DNA of 64,000 bases from Candidatus Wolfebacteria bacterium (GTDB taxonomy: Bacteria > Patescibacteriota > Minisyncoccia > UBA6257 > UBA9933). Below are positions 23,769 through 33,437 of this stretch, one piece after another (the first letter of the stretch is position 1; each line of letters starts with the position of its first letter). The DNA is taken from contig JACRPK010000006.1 of the NCBI GenBank assembly GCA_016214005.1, positions 17,719 to 81,718 of the forward strand. Reading direction: 5' to 3'. The notes beneath the pieces are model-generated. The model ran no database searches and was not told the DNA's origin. It saw only the letters and a list, made by a program, of their open reading frames with translations. Both the position numbers and the translations under genes were made by a program.

Positions 23769-24110
23769 ATGAATTTAATTAAAAAATCTGCGTTAATTTT
23801 ATCAATTTTATTTTTTAGTTTTTTAATTTTGAATTTTGCTTTTGCTCAGGCGGGTTCTTCTCCTGTTAAAAGCGCGAGCGATGTTTATAATATTTTAGGG
23901 AAAATCGTGAGCTGGATGTATACGATATTTTTTATTGTTTCAGTGTTTTTTGTTTTATTGGCGGCTTTTAAATTTTTAACGGCCGAAGACGATCCTGAAA
24001 AAATAAAAGGCGCCACAAAATCAATTATGTGGGCGGCGGTGGCGGTTGTTGTGGCTTTGCTTTCCGTTGGTTTCGGAAAAATTATTGAAAGTTTTATTAC
24101 AACACCATAA
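23769..24110 (+). CDS. VirB2/TrbC-like small 2-TM secreted protein (paralog 2)
   Basis: Signal peptide AFA|QA, TM1, loop TAEDDPEKIKGATKS, TM2. Confidence 0.4.
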   Translation: MNLIKKSALILSILFFSFLILNFAFAQAGSSPVKSASDVYNILGKIVSWMYTIFFIVSVFFVLLAAFKFLTAEDDPEKIKGATKSIMWAAVAVVVALLSVGFGKIIESFITTP

Positions 24111-24134
24111 TTTTTTATAATTAATAATTTTATT

Positions 24135-24518
24135 ATGTTAAATATTGCGCAGGCGGCATCTCAAATTCCTGATATTTCTCAATACGGCGGACCAAAAGCG
24201 GTTGGCCCAACGAATGTTGGCGGAATTGTTGATATTCTTGTAAAAGTGATGCAGTGGACTTATTCAATATTTTTTGTTGTGGCGGTTCTTTTTATTATTT
24301 TGGCGGCTTATGAATATCTTACTGGCGCTGAAGATCCGGAAAGAATTCGCGAAGCCCATAAAAGGATTATTTGGGCAGGAGTGGCGATAGCTGTGGCAAT
24401 TCTTGCTTTAAGCTTTAATTTGCTTGTGCAGAATTTTTTGGGCGCAAGCGGGGGAGGCGGCGGATCTAGTGGTGGGGGAGCTGGCGGAACAAATTATTCT
24501 GGCGGAGGGACTCCATAA
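24135..24518 (+). CDS. VirB2/TrbC-like small 2-TM protein (paralog 3) with Gly-rich C-terminal tail
   Basis: Same core (…YLTGAEDPERIREAHKRIIWAGVA…) plus a GGGGGSSGGGAGG tail. Confidence 0.4.
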   Translation: MLNIAQAASQIPDISQYGGPKAVGPTNVGGIVDILVKVMQWTYSIFFVVAVLFIILAAYEYLTGAEDPERIREAHKRIIWAGVAIAVAILALSFNLLVQNFLGASGGGGGSSGGGAGGTNYSGGGTP

Positions 24519-24584
24519 TCAGAAAAGTATTTAATCAAAAAAGAAAACCGCGAGTTGTTATTGAAAACAAACCCGCGGTGTTTT

Positions 24585-25127
24585 TTATTTGGAGGAGGCC
24601 GACAAGAAAGTCGCCCAATGCACTTTCTTCTCCTTAAAGTAGTGGATTGCGCCGGTAACGTGGAAAATCCAGCGAGCTTTTTCTTGTCCCTTAATGTTAA
24701 AAACAGCCGTGTATTCTCCGGGAAGGAGATAGTCTTCTTGCTCTTTTTCCGAATCAAGGGTGTAGCTTGTGGAAAGGCCAGTACTGTTGTTGATTATAAC
24801 AGCGGTAACGGTTTCTTTCGTTGAATTGACCACAATTCCTTTGAATCCCATTGATATGCCATTTTCTGTCTTTGTCATTGTGGGCTGAGCATATAGTTTG
24901 GCCATGGCCGTGTCAAAGCCATCTTTTTTTTGGCGAAGACTCTCTTTTTCGTTTTGAATTTTCGCCATTTCCTCGGCATCCGAAAAACCGCTATGATCGC
25001 CGCTGTTGTATTGCTCTTCACTGCCGTAGCGAGCTTTACCGCCGACATAAGCAATCCCCAGGGCGCCGGCGCAAGCGTTGAGGCTAACGACCGCAAGTAT
25101 CAAAAACAGAAATGCAAATCTTCTCAT
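24585..25127 (-). CDS. hypothetical lipoprotein, 180 aa
   Basis: Signal + lipobox LNAC|AG. Higher GC than the surroundings. Operator palindrome 28 bp upstream of its start. Confidence 0.5.
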   Translation of the reverse strand: MRRFAFLFLILAVVSLNACAGALGIAYVGGKARYGSEEQYNSGDHSGFSDAEEMAKIQNEKESLRQKKDGFDTAMAKLYAQPTMTKTENGISMGFKGIVVNSTKETVTAVIINNSTGLSTSYTLDSEKEQEDYLLPGEYTAVFNIKGQEKARWIFHVTGAIHYFKEKKVHWATFLSASSK

Positions 25128-25323
25128 ATATCCTCCTTAAATTCCTTAAATGTTGCTATCACTAGTGATAGCGTTTATTATTGAGTTTTCAAAAAAATTT
25201 AGAGTTCTTTTTTTATGTCGCGATGTTTCGTTCCCTAAATTAAACTATAAAAAATATAGCATACCTTAATGCAAAAGTCAATAGTTGCAAAGGATAATCA
25301 AATTAGTTAAAATAATATAATCA

Positions 25324-25899
25324 ATGATTAATAAATTTTCATTAATTGCATTGCTTATTATTGGTTTATTGCCGTCTTTTGTTCTTGCCATTTCTGCCGG
25401 TGATATTTTAGCGCCAGCCGATGTGGCTCCTCAAAATATCGGCGGTATTCAGGCCGGAAAAGTTGAGGTGAGTAGTGTTAATCAACTTTTCTCTTATTTA
25501 GAACTGCTTTTAAGATGGGTTTTTGGAATATTTTTTGCCGCTTCAGTCATTCTTATAATTTGGGCCGGCTATTATTATCTTATTGGAGGCGAAGACAGCG
25601 AAAATATCAATATTGCAAAAAGAAGAATTACTTGGGCGGCAGTGGCGATCGTTGTGGCGATTTTATCCGGCACTTTTGTTTTGCTGATTTCTAATTTTTT
25701 AGGAGCTCAAGGCGGAAGTTTTGGAACTGGCAACTCGGGCGGTTCTGGTGGCGCAGGAGGATCTTCTGACTATCCTGGGGGACCATATCAATCGCAGAGT
25801 CAATATTGGCAGCAATATCAATATACCTGCAAAGCAGGCGACACCTTGCCGTGTTGCAGCGGCCATGGAGCGGGTGACGTTGTCACTTGCTGGAAATAA
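25324..25899 (+). CDS. VirB2/TrbC-like 2-TM protein (paralog 4) with Gly-rich and Cys-rich C-terminal tail
   Basis: Core …YYLIGGEDSENINIAKRRITWAAVA…. Tail ends with CKAGDTLPCCSGHGAGDVVTCWK. Confidence 0.4.
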   Translation: MINKFSLIALLIIGLLPSFVLAISAGDILAPADVAPQNIGGIQAGKVEVSSVNQLFSYLELLLRWVFGIFFAASVILIIWAGYYYLIGGEDSENINIAKRRITWAAVAIVVAILSGTFVLLISNFLGAQGGSFGTGNSGGSGGAGGSSDYPGGPYQSQSQYWQQYQYTCKAGDTLPCCSGHGAGDVVTCWK

Positions 25900-25959
25900 T
25901 TTTATATGTTAGATTAAATTAAATTAAAAAGGTCGCAAAAATTATAATTAAATTTAGAA

Positions 25960-26298
25960 ATGACTAAAAAAATCGCGATTGCCTTGTTGGGGTTGTCTCC
26001 GCTTTTAGTTTTTGCCCAACCGAGTGTTCCGACCGTTACCGGATTATCAAGTTACGCCGGTATTATTACCACTATTGATACATTGGCTAATTGGATGCTT
26101 GGAATTCTTGTTGCGGTGGCGGCAATTTTTTATCTTTATGCAGGTTATCTCTATTTAATGGCTTCTGGAAATGAAGAACAATTTGCAGCCGCAAAAAGCT
26201 ATATAATTTACGCCACAGTGGCCGTTGCCGTTGGTTTGCTTTCAAAAACAATTACTGCTCTTTTGCAGAGTTTTCTTGGAACGGCAATTACTCCTTAA
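25960..26298 (+). CDS. VirB2/TrbC-like small 2-TM secreted protein (paralog 5)
   Basis: Signal VFA|QP, TM1, loop ASGNEEQFAAAKS, TM2. Confidence 0.4.
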   Translation: MTKKIAIALLGLSPLLVFAQPSVPTVTGLSSYAGIITTIDTLANWMLGILVAVAAIFYLYAGYLYLMASGNEEQFAAAKSYIIYATVAVAVGLLSKTITALLQSFLGTAITP

Positions 26299-26551
26299 TT
26301 TATTAAAATATAAATATAAAAGCCGCTGCTGATAAAATCTTTGGCAGAGGCTTTTATATTTATTATGGGGCTTGTATTTTTATTTTAATTGTTTATAATA
26401 TATTAGAGTCTTAGTTGTGATTTCCGGATCAAGGATTTATTTACGGGAAGGCAACAGCGCTTTGGCTCTTGGGTCAAAGTTGAGCCTGCCCACTTGGCGA
26501 AAGCCGGGATAATCCAACAGCTAAGGCTCATTAAGTTTTATATTTTAAATT

Positions 26552-26746
26552 ATGAGACAATGTAAAATTTGCGGAAAGGGTTCAATATTGTTCGCTAAAA
26601 GATTAAAACTTCGCGGCAATTATAATCCGATTCCGAAAACAAGAAAATATCCGAATATTCAATCAACCAGGCTTGAAAATGGCAAGCGGGTTTTGGCTTG
26701 CGTGAAGTGCATCAAAACTCAGAAAAAAAATCAAAAGAAAAAATAA
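26552..26746 (+). CDS. rpmB: 50S ribosomal protein L28
   Basis: MRQCKICGKG…LRGNYNPIPKTRKYPNIQ matches bL28. A structured ~130-nt leader lies upstream. Confidence 0.85.
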   Translation: MRQCKICGKGSILFAKRLKLRGNYNPIPKTRKYPNIQSTRLENGKRVLACVKCIKTQKKNQKKK

Positions 26747-26906
26747 TTTTATTTTTTTAAATATTGTTTATAATAAAATGGCTGATATAAGGTCATTTTA
26801 TTTTTAACGGGCTATAGTATAAAAGCAGTATACATGCATGGGGTGCATGAGGCCTCGGAGCATTACCGGGTAGCCCGAAAAAGTTAATTTTTAACGAGAA
26901 ATTTAT

Positions 26907-27317
26907 ATGATTAATGAATTAAAAAATAACGGAAAATTTTGGAAATATCTTACGAATTTTTGGGCGATTATTATTTACGCGGCAATTATTTATGATTTTA
27001 TAAAAGATAACGCTTTCGTTGAATTTCTCGGACCGATTACCGCGATTTATATTGCTGCGCTGGCGATTTATGCAGGAGACAAGGAATTCGAAAGATGGCA
27101 TCACAGCCACAACAAAAGGCATCCCGGAGAGATGTTCGTTGCCGCTTGGACAATATTGGTGGTTGGAATTTTAATTCTAGATTTTATTTTTAATAAACCT
27201 TACAAAATGCCCAGTGAAGTAATTTCGGCCTACATCGCGGTATTGGGTGTTTTAGCTATTACCAAAAAATCAAAATCGCTTTATAATGAAGATATAGAAA
27301 TTCATAAAGGTCGTTAA
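26907..27317 (+). CDS. hypothetical membrane protein, 136 aa
   Basis: Three predicted TM helices. Confidence 0.45.
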   Translation: MINELKNNGKFWKYLTNFWAIIIYAAIIYDFIKDNAFVEFLGPITAIYIAALAIYAGDKEFERWHHSHNKRHPGEMFVAAWTILVVGILILDFIFNKPYKMPSEVISAYIAVLGVLAITKKSKSLYNEDIEIHKGR

Positions 27318-27335
27318 ATTATTATAAATATAAAT

Positions 27336-27665
27336 ATGGAAACGAAACATAATCACGAAGATCATTGTTTTTTTTGCAAATGGAAAGGATTTGAAGGCGG
27401 TCACAAAAAAAATGTCGTCATCCGATGGGTTTTGGGAATTTTAATTCTTATCACTATATTTTATTTCGGAGTGAAGATCGGGCAGATTTCTTATTATGTT
27501 AGAAGCGGATTTGGTTATCCGATGATGGGAGGTTATCCGATGATGTGGGGAGGTTATGGCAGCTACGGCAAGGGATATTCTGATGACGGATATTATGGCG
27601 GAATGGGTCCGTGGATGATGAGGGGATGGTGGAATTATCCGACTCAAAATAATACGCAAAAATAA
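27336..27665 (+). CDS. hypothetical Gly/Tyr/Met-rich membrane protein, 109 aa
   Basis: One TM, then a GYPMMGGYPMMWGGYGSYGKGY low-complexity tail. Confidence 0.4.
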   Translation: METKHNHEDHCFFCKWKGFEGGHKKNVVIRWVLGILILITIFYFGVKIGQISYYVRSGFGYPMMGGYPMMWGGYGSYGKGYSDDGYYGGMGPWMMRGWWNYPTQNNTQK

Positions 27666-27757
27666 GTTTGCTTAAACAAAAAAATATCCCAAATGGGATA
27701 TTTTTTTATTCATTTTTATTTAAAATAAATTAATAGACCTTTTGAGATTCTACTTTT

Positions 27758-27831
27758 TGGCTGCGGGACAGGGAATCGAACCCCAATTTTCTGGTTCAGA
27801 GCCAGACGTGCTACCATTACACCATCCCGCA
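27758..27831 (-). tRNA. tRNA-Gln (anticodon CUG)
   Basis: Reverse complement folds as a cloverleaf. Acceptor stem TGCGGGA/TCCCGCA, anticodon stem TCTGG/CCAGA with loop CTCTGAA, T-loop TTCGATT, 3' GCCA. Confidence 0.8.
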
Positions 27832-27882
27832 ATATATTTAATTTGCTAACGAAAAAATTATAATCTATAATAATTTTAAATG

Positions 27883-29103
27883 CCAATGAATAAATTGGAA
27901 ATTGAAAAAGAGCTTCTTGCGCCGGCAAATGAAATTTCAATTATTAAGCTTGTGGATTCTTTGATTGATCATGCTTATGAATCGCGGGCTTCGGATATCC
28001 ATATTGATCCGGCTAGCGATAAGGTTACGGTTAGGCTTAGGATTGACGGCGTGATGCACGGCGCTTTTATTTTGCCGAAAGAAATTCAATCGGAAGTCAT
28101 CACTCGGCTTAAAGTTTTGTCTGGTCTTCGCACCGATGAGCACCAAATCGCCCAAGACGGCCGTTTTAAATTTATTGCCGAAGACAAAAAAGAATTTGAC
28201 ATAAGAATTTCCATAGTCCCAACTTATTATGAGGAAAATGCGGTTTTAAGGCTTTTGGTTGAGCAAGGACAGGCCCACAATCTTGATACTATTGGATTTT
28301 CCGAAAGAGATTTAAATATTGTTAAAAGCGCGATGCAAAAGCCTTACGGGATGATTTTGGCGACTGGCCCGACTGGGAGCGGGAAAACTACCACTCTTTA
28401 TACAATTTTAAAAATTCTTAATACCGATGATGTGGAAATTATCACGATTGAAGATCCGATTGAATATTCGCTTGAAAAAACCACTCAGATTCAGGTAAAT
28501 AATCAAACTAGTTTGACTTTTGCCAAAGGTCTTCGTTCAATTTTGAGGCAGGATCCGAATATTATTATGGTTGGTGAAATTCGTGATGAGGAAACAGCGA
28601 AGATTGCCGTTAACGCCGCTTTGACTGGTCATCTTTTGCTTTCCACTTTGCACACCAACGACGCGCCAACGGCTTTGCCTCGTTTGATTGATATGGGGGT
28701 GGAGCCGTTTTTAATCGTTTCAACCGTTAATGTTGTTATTGCCCAGCGTTTAGTAAGACAAATTTGTTCTGATTGCAAAATTGAGAAAAAATATTCTTTA
28801 AGCGCGTTGAAAACTTTAGGCGCTCATCTTCCGCCGGAATTCTTGTCGGATAATCAAAATTTTTTTGTCGGCGCGGGATGCAAAACTTGCGGCAATAGCG
28901 GCTATTTGGGAAGAGTCCCCATTCATGAAGTTTTTGAAATAACAGATGCCATCCGCGAAGCGATTGTTTCAAGAGTAGGAGCTCAAGAGATAAAAGAAAT
29001 AGCCAAAAAAGAAGGCATGACCACGATGTTTGAAGATGGCTTTAAAAAAGTGATAGCGGGTATAACCACCATGGAAGAGATATTAAGAGTTATCCATGAA
29101 TAA
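27883..29103 (+). CDS. pilB: type IV pilus assembly ATPase PilB/GspE family (short form)
   Basis: Walker A GPTGSGKTTTLY, Asp box and His box region, and a tetracysteine (CSDC…CKTCGNSGY). Confidence 0.85.
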   Translation, partial: PMNKLEIEKELLAPANEISIIKLVDSLIDHAYESRASDIHIDPASDKVTVRLRIDGVMHGAFILPKEIQSEVITRLKVLSGLRTDEHQIAQDGRFKFIAEDKKEFDIRISIVPTYYEENAVLRLLVEQGQAHNLDTIGFSERDLNIVKSAMQKPYGMILATGPTGSGKTTTLYTILKILNTDDVEIITIEDPIEYSLEKTTQIQVNNQTSLTFAKGLRSILRQDPNIIMVGEIRDEETAKIAVNAALTGHLLLSTLHTNDAPTALPRLIDMGVEPFLIVSTVNVVIAQRLVRQICSDCKIEKKYSLSALKTLGAHLPPEFLSDNQNFFVGAGCKTCGNSGYLGRVPIHEVFEITDAIREAIVSRVGAQEIKEIAKKEGMTTMFEDGFKKVIAGITTMEEILRVIHE

Positions 29104-30202
29104 TAATCATAAGGTTTCTTTATTGCAATCAGTCGCGAGAAAATTTGTTATTTTTTTTACACGCGTGCCGCTTTCGGAAAAAATTCTTTTTGCCAAGCAT
29201 TTGTCTATGATGGTCAATGCCGGTATGACCGAAGTTGAAAGCATTCGTTTGATAAGAAAACAGATAAAAAGCCGCGGTTTTGGAAAAATTTTGGATAAAA
29301 TTATCGCTGATTTGGAAAGCGGATTGTTTTTGTCCGTGTCCCTAAAACAATTTCCTCGCGCTTTCGGAGAAATTTTTATTAATTTGATAGAAATCGGTGA
29401 AATTACTGGCACGCTTTCTCAAAATTTAAATTTTCTTTCGGTGGAGCTTAAAAAATCTCAACAACTTCGTTCAAAAGTCCGTTCGGCTTTGATTTACCCG
29501 ATTGTCATATTGGCGGCGACTTTGGGAGTCGGCGGAATGCTGATATTTTTTGTTTTGCCGAAAATTCTTCCGGTTTTTTACAGCTTGCGCATTGAATTGC
29601 CGGTTGAAACAAAAATTTTAGTGGCTGCCAGCAATTTTCTTTTGCATTATTATCTTTGGGTTATTTTGGGATTTTTTGTTTTTTTTATTCTTATGGCTGG
29701 TTTATTAAAAATTCCTTTTATAAGATTTTATTATCATCGGCTGATTTTGGCATTGCCGATTATCGGAAAAATTGCGATTGCTTATAATATGGCCAATACC
29801 ACAAGAACGCTCGGTATTCTTTTAAAAAGCGGGATAAAAATCGTTGAGGCGATTTTAATTAACGCCAATATAACAAGCAACGATGTTTATAAAAAATCTT
29901 TTTATTTGGTAGCCGAAGAAATTAAAAAAGGAGAATCGTTTTATAAATATTTTGAAAATAATTCGAAAATTTTTCCTCCGACCATCACGCGGATGATTGA
30001 AGTCGGTGAAAATACGGGCAAGCTTGAAGAAAATCTTTTTTATTTGGCGGATTTTTATGAAAATGAAGTTGACGAAATTACCAAAGACCTTTCGAGTATT
30101 TTGGAGCCGGTTTTGCTTGTGGTAATGGGATCTCTGGTGGGTTTTGTGGTAGTTTCAATTATAAAACCAATTTATGAAGTTAGTCGAAGCATCACAAGAT
30201 AA
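29096..30202 (+). CDS. pilC: type IV pilus platform protein PilC/GspF family
   Basis: Two GspF-type repeats, polytopic membrane protein. Overlaps pilB stop. Confidence 0.8.
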   Translation: MNNNHKVSLLQSVARKFVIFFTRVPLSEKILFAKHLSMMVNAGMTEVESIRLIRKQIKSRGFGKILDKIIADLESGLFLSVSLKQFPRAFGEIFINLIEIGEITGTLSQNLNFLSVELKKSQQLRSKVRSALIYPIVILAATLGVGGMLIFFVLPKILPVFYSLRIELPVETKILVAASNFLLHYYLWVILGFFVFFILMAGLLKIPFIRFYYHRLILALPIIGKIAIAYNMANTTRTLGILLKSGIKIVEAILINANITSNDVYKKSFYLVAEEIKKGESFYKYFENNSKIFPPTITRMIEVGENTGKLEENLFYLADFYENEVDEITKDLSSILEPVLLVVMGSLVGFVVVSIIKPIYEVSRSITR

Positions 30203-30626
30203 CGCAAAAGGCCTGACGATGATTGAAATTATTGTTGCGATGGCAATTCTTTCCGTAATTGCCGGATTGGGTTTTTGGGTAAGCTTGGAATTTTATAAAA
30301 CATACAATCTTGATTCTGAATTTAATATTTTAACAAGCGCTTTAAGAAAAGTTAGAAATTTAAGCATGACTAATTTTAATGAATCAGCGCATGGAATTTA
30401 TATTGAGCCGAACCGATATGTTATTTTCCAGGGATCGTCTTATGTCGCCCGTAATCAGTCTTTTGATGAAATTTATGAACCGCTTAGCGTTAATTTTTCG
30501 GGAATTGGAGAAGCGGTTTTTAGTCAATTGAGCGGTGATTCAAGCGCTTCCGGAACGATTAAAATAAATTATGAAACAAAGAATCGGCAAGTTTTTATAA
30601 ATTATGATGGAAAAATTGATTGGTAA
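30174..30626 (+). CDS. prepilin-type (pseudopilin/minor pilin) protein
   Basis: Class III signal KG|LTMIEIIVAMAIL with Glu at +5. Confidence 0.6.
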   Translation: MKLVEASQDNAKGLTMIEIIVAMAILSVIAGLGFWVSLEFYKTYNLDSEFNILTSALRKVRNLSMTNFNESAHGIYIEPNRYVIFQGSSYVARNQSFDEIYEPLSVNFSGIGEAVFSQLSGDSSASGTIKINYETKNRQVFINYDGKIDW

Positions 30627-31974
30627 AAAAAATTGCGGGCAAAGCGTTTTGGAAACTCTTGTAGCTTTGGCGATTTTGGCTATCAGCGTTTTAAGCGGGT
30701 TTATTTTAATTTATAATAGCCAGTCTTTTTCAGTTGACGTTGATTTAGGCCAGCAAGCTATTTATTTGGCTCAAAAAGGATTGGAAACAGCTAGATATTC
30801 GGCAAAAAATAATTTTAATGATTTGGTTGGCAGCTCATCAATAACTGGAAATTTTACCCAAGAAACAATAATTGAAAATATTGACGCTTATTCAAAAAAA
30901 ATTATTAGCCGAACAAGTTGGAAAACAGATCTTTTGAGGCCGCAAAAAATTGAATTGACAACTTTGGTTACTAGCAGATCAAATATTATTGGATCCGGCG
31001 GCGATGCTGGGGGCAGCGCTCCGTTCGGCGATTGGAAAAATCCAAAAACTTTGGGAAGCATTGATTTGGGAGCCGGCGAATCGGCCACCGATTTAGACGT
31101 TAAAAATAAAATGGTTTATCTTACGGCCGAAGCTTCGGACAAGAAAAAATCTGATTTTTTTATTGTTAACGCCACTGACGGTCAAAATCCGTTTATTGTT
31201 TCTAGTCTTAATGTCGGAGACGGATTGAAAGGTGTCGATGTCGCCGGCAATTACGCTTATGTGGTCGGCAAAGATGATGATAAAGAATTTATTGTTATTG
31301 ATGTAAGCAATCAATCGGCGCCAATTGAAGTCGCTTCTCTTAATTTGTCCGGCAGCGCTGACGCTTTAACAATATTTTATTGGAATGGTTATGTTTATGT
31401 TGGCCGGGCCAGCGGCTCTTCGCAGGAATTTTTAATTATTGATGTTTCTAATCCTTTGGCGCCGAGCCTTGTTTCCGGTTTGTCGGGTGTTGGCAACGAA
31501 ATTAATGATATTTATGTTTTGAATAACCGCGTTTATTTGGGAACCGAAGATTCTAGCAGGGGAATGATTGTTATTAATGTAGCTAGTTCAACTTCACCTT
31601 CGGTTTTAGGATCAATTGATGTTGGCGATCATGTTTATGGCATTTATCCCAGAAGTGAAAATCAAGTATTGGTAGGCGAAAAAACAAAATTTTACATCGT
31701 TAACGCTTCCAGTACTTCTAAAATGGCGATTTTGGGTTCAGCTTCGATTGGAAGTAAAACCCGAGATATCGTTTCCTCTGGTTCTTTGGCTTTTTTGGCA
31801 ACAGAAGATTCTAATAAAGAATTTCAAGTTTATGATATTTCCAGTTCGACTAGACCTTCTTTTTGGAGTTCGTTTAATTTCCCTCAAATCGCGACGGGAA
31901 TTGATTATGAAGATAATATTGTTTATGTTTCGGTCCGCAGCAATGACGCGTTAAGAATTATTACTTCGCAATAA
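30604..31974 (+). CDS. prepilin-type N-terminus fused to LVIVD-repeat beta-propeller domain (pilus-associated adhesin-like), 456 aa
   Basis: G|QSVLETLVALAIL. Repeated FIVIDVSN/FLIIDVSNP/MIVINVAS units match LVIVD repeats. Confidence 0.6.
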   Translation: MMEKLIGKKNCGQSVLETLVALAILAISVLSGFILIYNSQSFSVDVDLGQQAIYLAQKGLETARYSAKNNFNDLVGSSSITGNFTQETIIENIDAYSKKIISRTSWKTDLLRPQKIELTTLVTSRSNIIGSGGDAGGSAPFGDWKNPKTLGSIDLGAGESATDLDVKNKMVYLTAEASDKKKSDFFIVNATDGQNPFIVSSLNVGDGLKGVDVAGNYAYVVGKDDDKEFIVIDVSNQSAPIEVASLNLSGSADALTIFYWNGYVYVGRASGSSQEFLIIDVSNPLAPSLVSGLSGVGNEINDIYVLNNRVYLGTEDSSRGMIVINVASSTSPSVLGSIDVGDHVYGIYPRSENQVLVGEKTKFYIVNASSTSKMAILGSASIGSKTRDIVSSGSLAFLATEDSNKEFQVYDISSSTRPSFWSSFNFPQIATGIDYEDNIVYVSVRSNDALRIITSQ

Positions 31975-31976
31975 AT

Positions 31977-32465
31977 ATGAAAAATCAAAAAGCTTTTACT
32001 TTAATTGAAACAATTATTTACGCTGTTTTAGTTTCTTTAATTGGCGGGTTTTCAATTTTTGTTCTTTATCAAATTATTGACAGCGGTGATCGCTTAAAAG
32101 CGAAAATTGACGTTGAGGGAGAAGCGAATTTTATTTTGCAAAAAGTTAATTGGGCTTTAAACGGAGCGACAGCCGTTAATCAGCCGGCAGCTGGCGCTAC
32201 TTCAACGATTCTATCAATCAATAAAAATAATTTTTCTTCCAATCCGATTGTTTTTGATTTAAATGAAGGCAATATTCGTTTGGCAAAAGGCGGAGGCGCT
32301 GCTTCGTTTTTAAACAATCAGAATATTTCAGTTGGCCAATTAGTTTTTGAACATTTGGCGGCCAGCGGAGGATCATCGGAGGCTATTAGGGCAACACTTT
32401 CCGTAAATTCTAAAATTTTCAATTATTCCAAAACCATTGAAATGCTTTATTATTTAAGAAATTAA
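31977..32465 (+). CDS. prepilin-type minor pilin
   Basis: KA|FTLIETIIYAVLVSL N-terminus. Confidence 0.55.
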   Translation: MKNQKAFTLIETIIYAVLVSLIGGFSIFVLYQIIDSGDRLKAKIDVEGEANFILQKVNWALNGATAVNQPAAGATSTILSINKNNFSSNPIVFDLNEGNIRLAKGGGAASFLNNQNISVGQLVFEHLAASGGSSEAIRATLSVNSKIFNYSKTIEMLYYLRN

Positions 32466-32475
32466 TATTTATAAA

Positions 32476-32868
32476 ATGAAAACAAATTTTCAAAAAGGTT
32501 ATATTGCTCTTACTTCGGCTGTGATTATTTCGGCTTTGATTATGATAATTGCTTTGACTTTGAGTTCGGGTTCTTTTTCCGGCCGTTTTGACATTTTGGG
32601 AGTGGAATTTAAGAAAATCAGCCGCGCCCTAGCCGAAGCTTGCGCTGAAACAGCTCTTCTAAAATTGGCGCAAAACAGCTCTTACTCTGGAGATGAAAAT
32701 ATTCAAATTGGTGATAAACAATGTTCAATTTTAGCGATTGAATCAGCAGGCGGACAAAAAATAATAAAAACAAAAGCGAATTTTCAAAATTTTATCACCA
32801 ACTTAAAAATAGCAGTGTCAATTTCAAACTTAGCAGTTGTTTATTGGGAAGAAGTGGCGAATTTTTAA
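32476..32868 (+). CDS. hypothetical pilus-associated protein (N-terminal TM)
   Basis: Location within the pilin operon. Hydrophobic N-terminus. Confidence 0.4.
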   Translation: MKTNFQKGYIALTSAVIISALIMIIALTLSSGSFSGRFDILGVEFKKISRALAEACAETALLKLAQNSSYSGDENIQIGDKQCSILAIESAGGQKIIKTKANFQNFITNLKIAVSISNLAVVYWEEVANF

Positions 32869-32929
32869 ATTATATAATATAATTAAATAAATTTGAAAAG
32901 GTCGAGATTGAAAATTATTAAATTTTGCA

Positions 32930-33385
32930 ATGAAAAAAATTAAAGGTTTTACATTGATTGAACTTTTGGTGGTTATTGGCATTATTGCGGTGTTAGCGGC
33001 AGTAGTTATTATTGCCATCAATCCGGCCAGGCAATTTGCTCAAGCCAGGAATACTCAGCGTTGGTCAAATGTTAATACCATTTTAAATAGTGTTGGGCAA
33101 AGATTGGCCGATAATAAGGGTGTGTTTGAAACCGGCTGCGTTGCTGGAGTTATTCCTGCGACTTCTACTATTATGAAAAGCAGCGGCGGTTATGATGTCG
33201 CTCCTTGTTTGGTGCCGACTTATATTTCAACATTTCCGTTTGATCCGACAACTTCCGGCGCTCATTATACAAGTAATACAGATTACGATACTGGTTATAC
33301 TATTTACAAAGATGCAACAACCGGGAGAATCACTGTCGGCGCTCCGACATCAGAACTTTCAGAAACAATTTCCGTAACAAGATAA
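32930..33385 (+). CDS. type IV pilin (major pilin candidate)
   Basis: KG|FTLIELLVVIGIIAVLAAVV canonical class III signal and pilin N-terminal helix. Confidence 0.7.
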   Translation: MKKIKGFTLIELLVVIGIIAVLAAVVIIAINPARQFAQARNTQRWSNVNTILNSVGQRLADNKGVFETGCVAGVIPATSTIMKSSGGYDVAPCLVPTYISTFPFDPTTSGAHYTSNTDYDTGYTIYKDATTGRITVGAPTSELSETISVTR

Positions 33386-33437
33386 AATAAAAGAAATAAA
33401 AAATCGGCTCCCTATTTTTTGATATTGAGCCGATTTT

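Noticed and set aside
27716-27940. 74-aa minus-strand ORF overlapping the tRNA
   Set aside because: It coincides with tRNA-Gln and its flanks.
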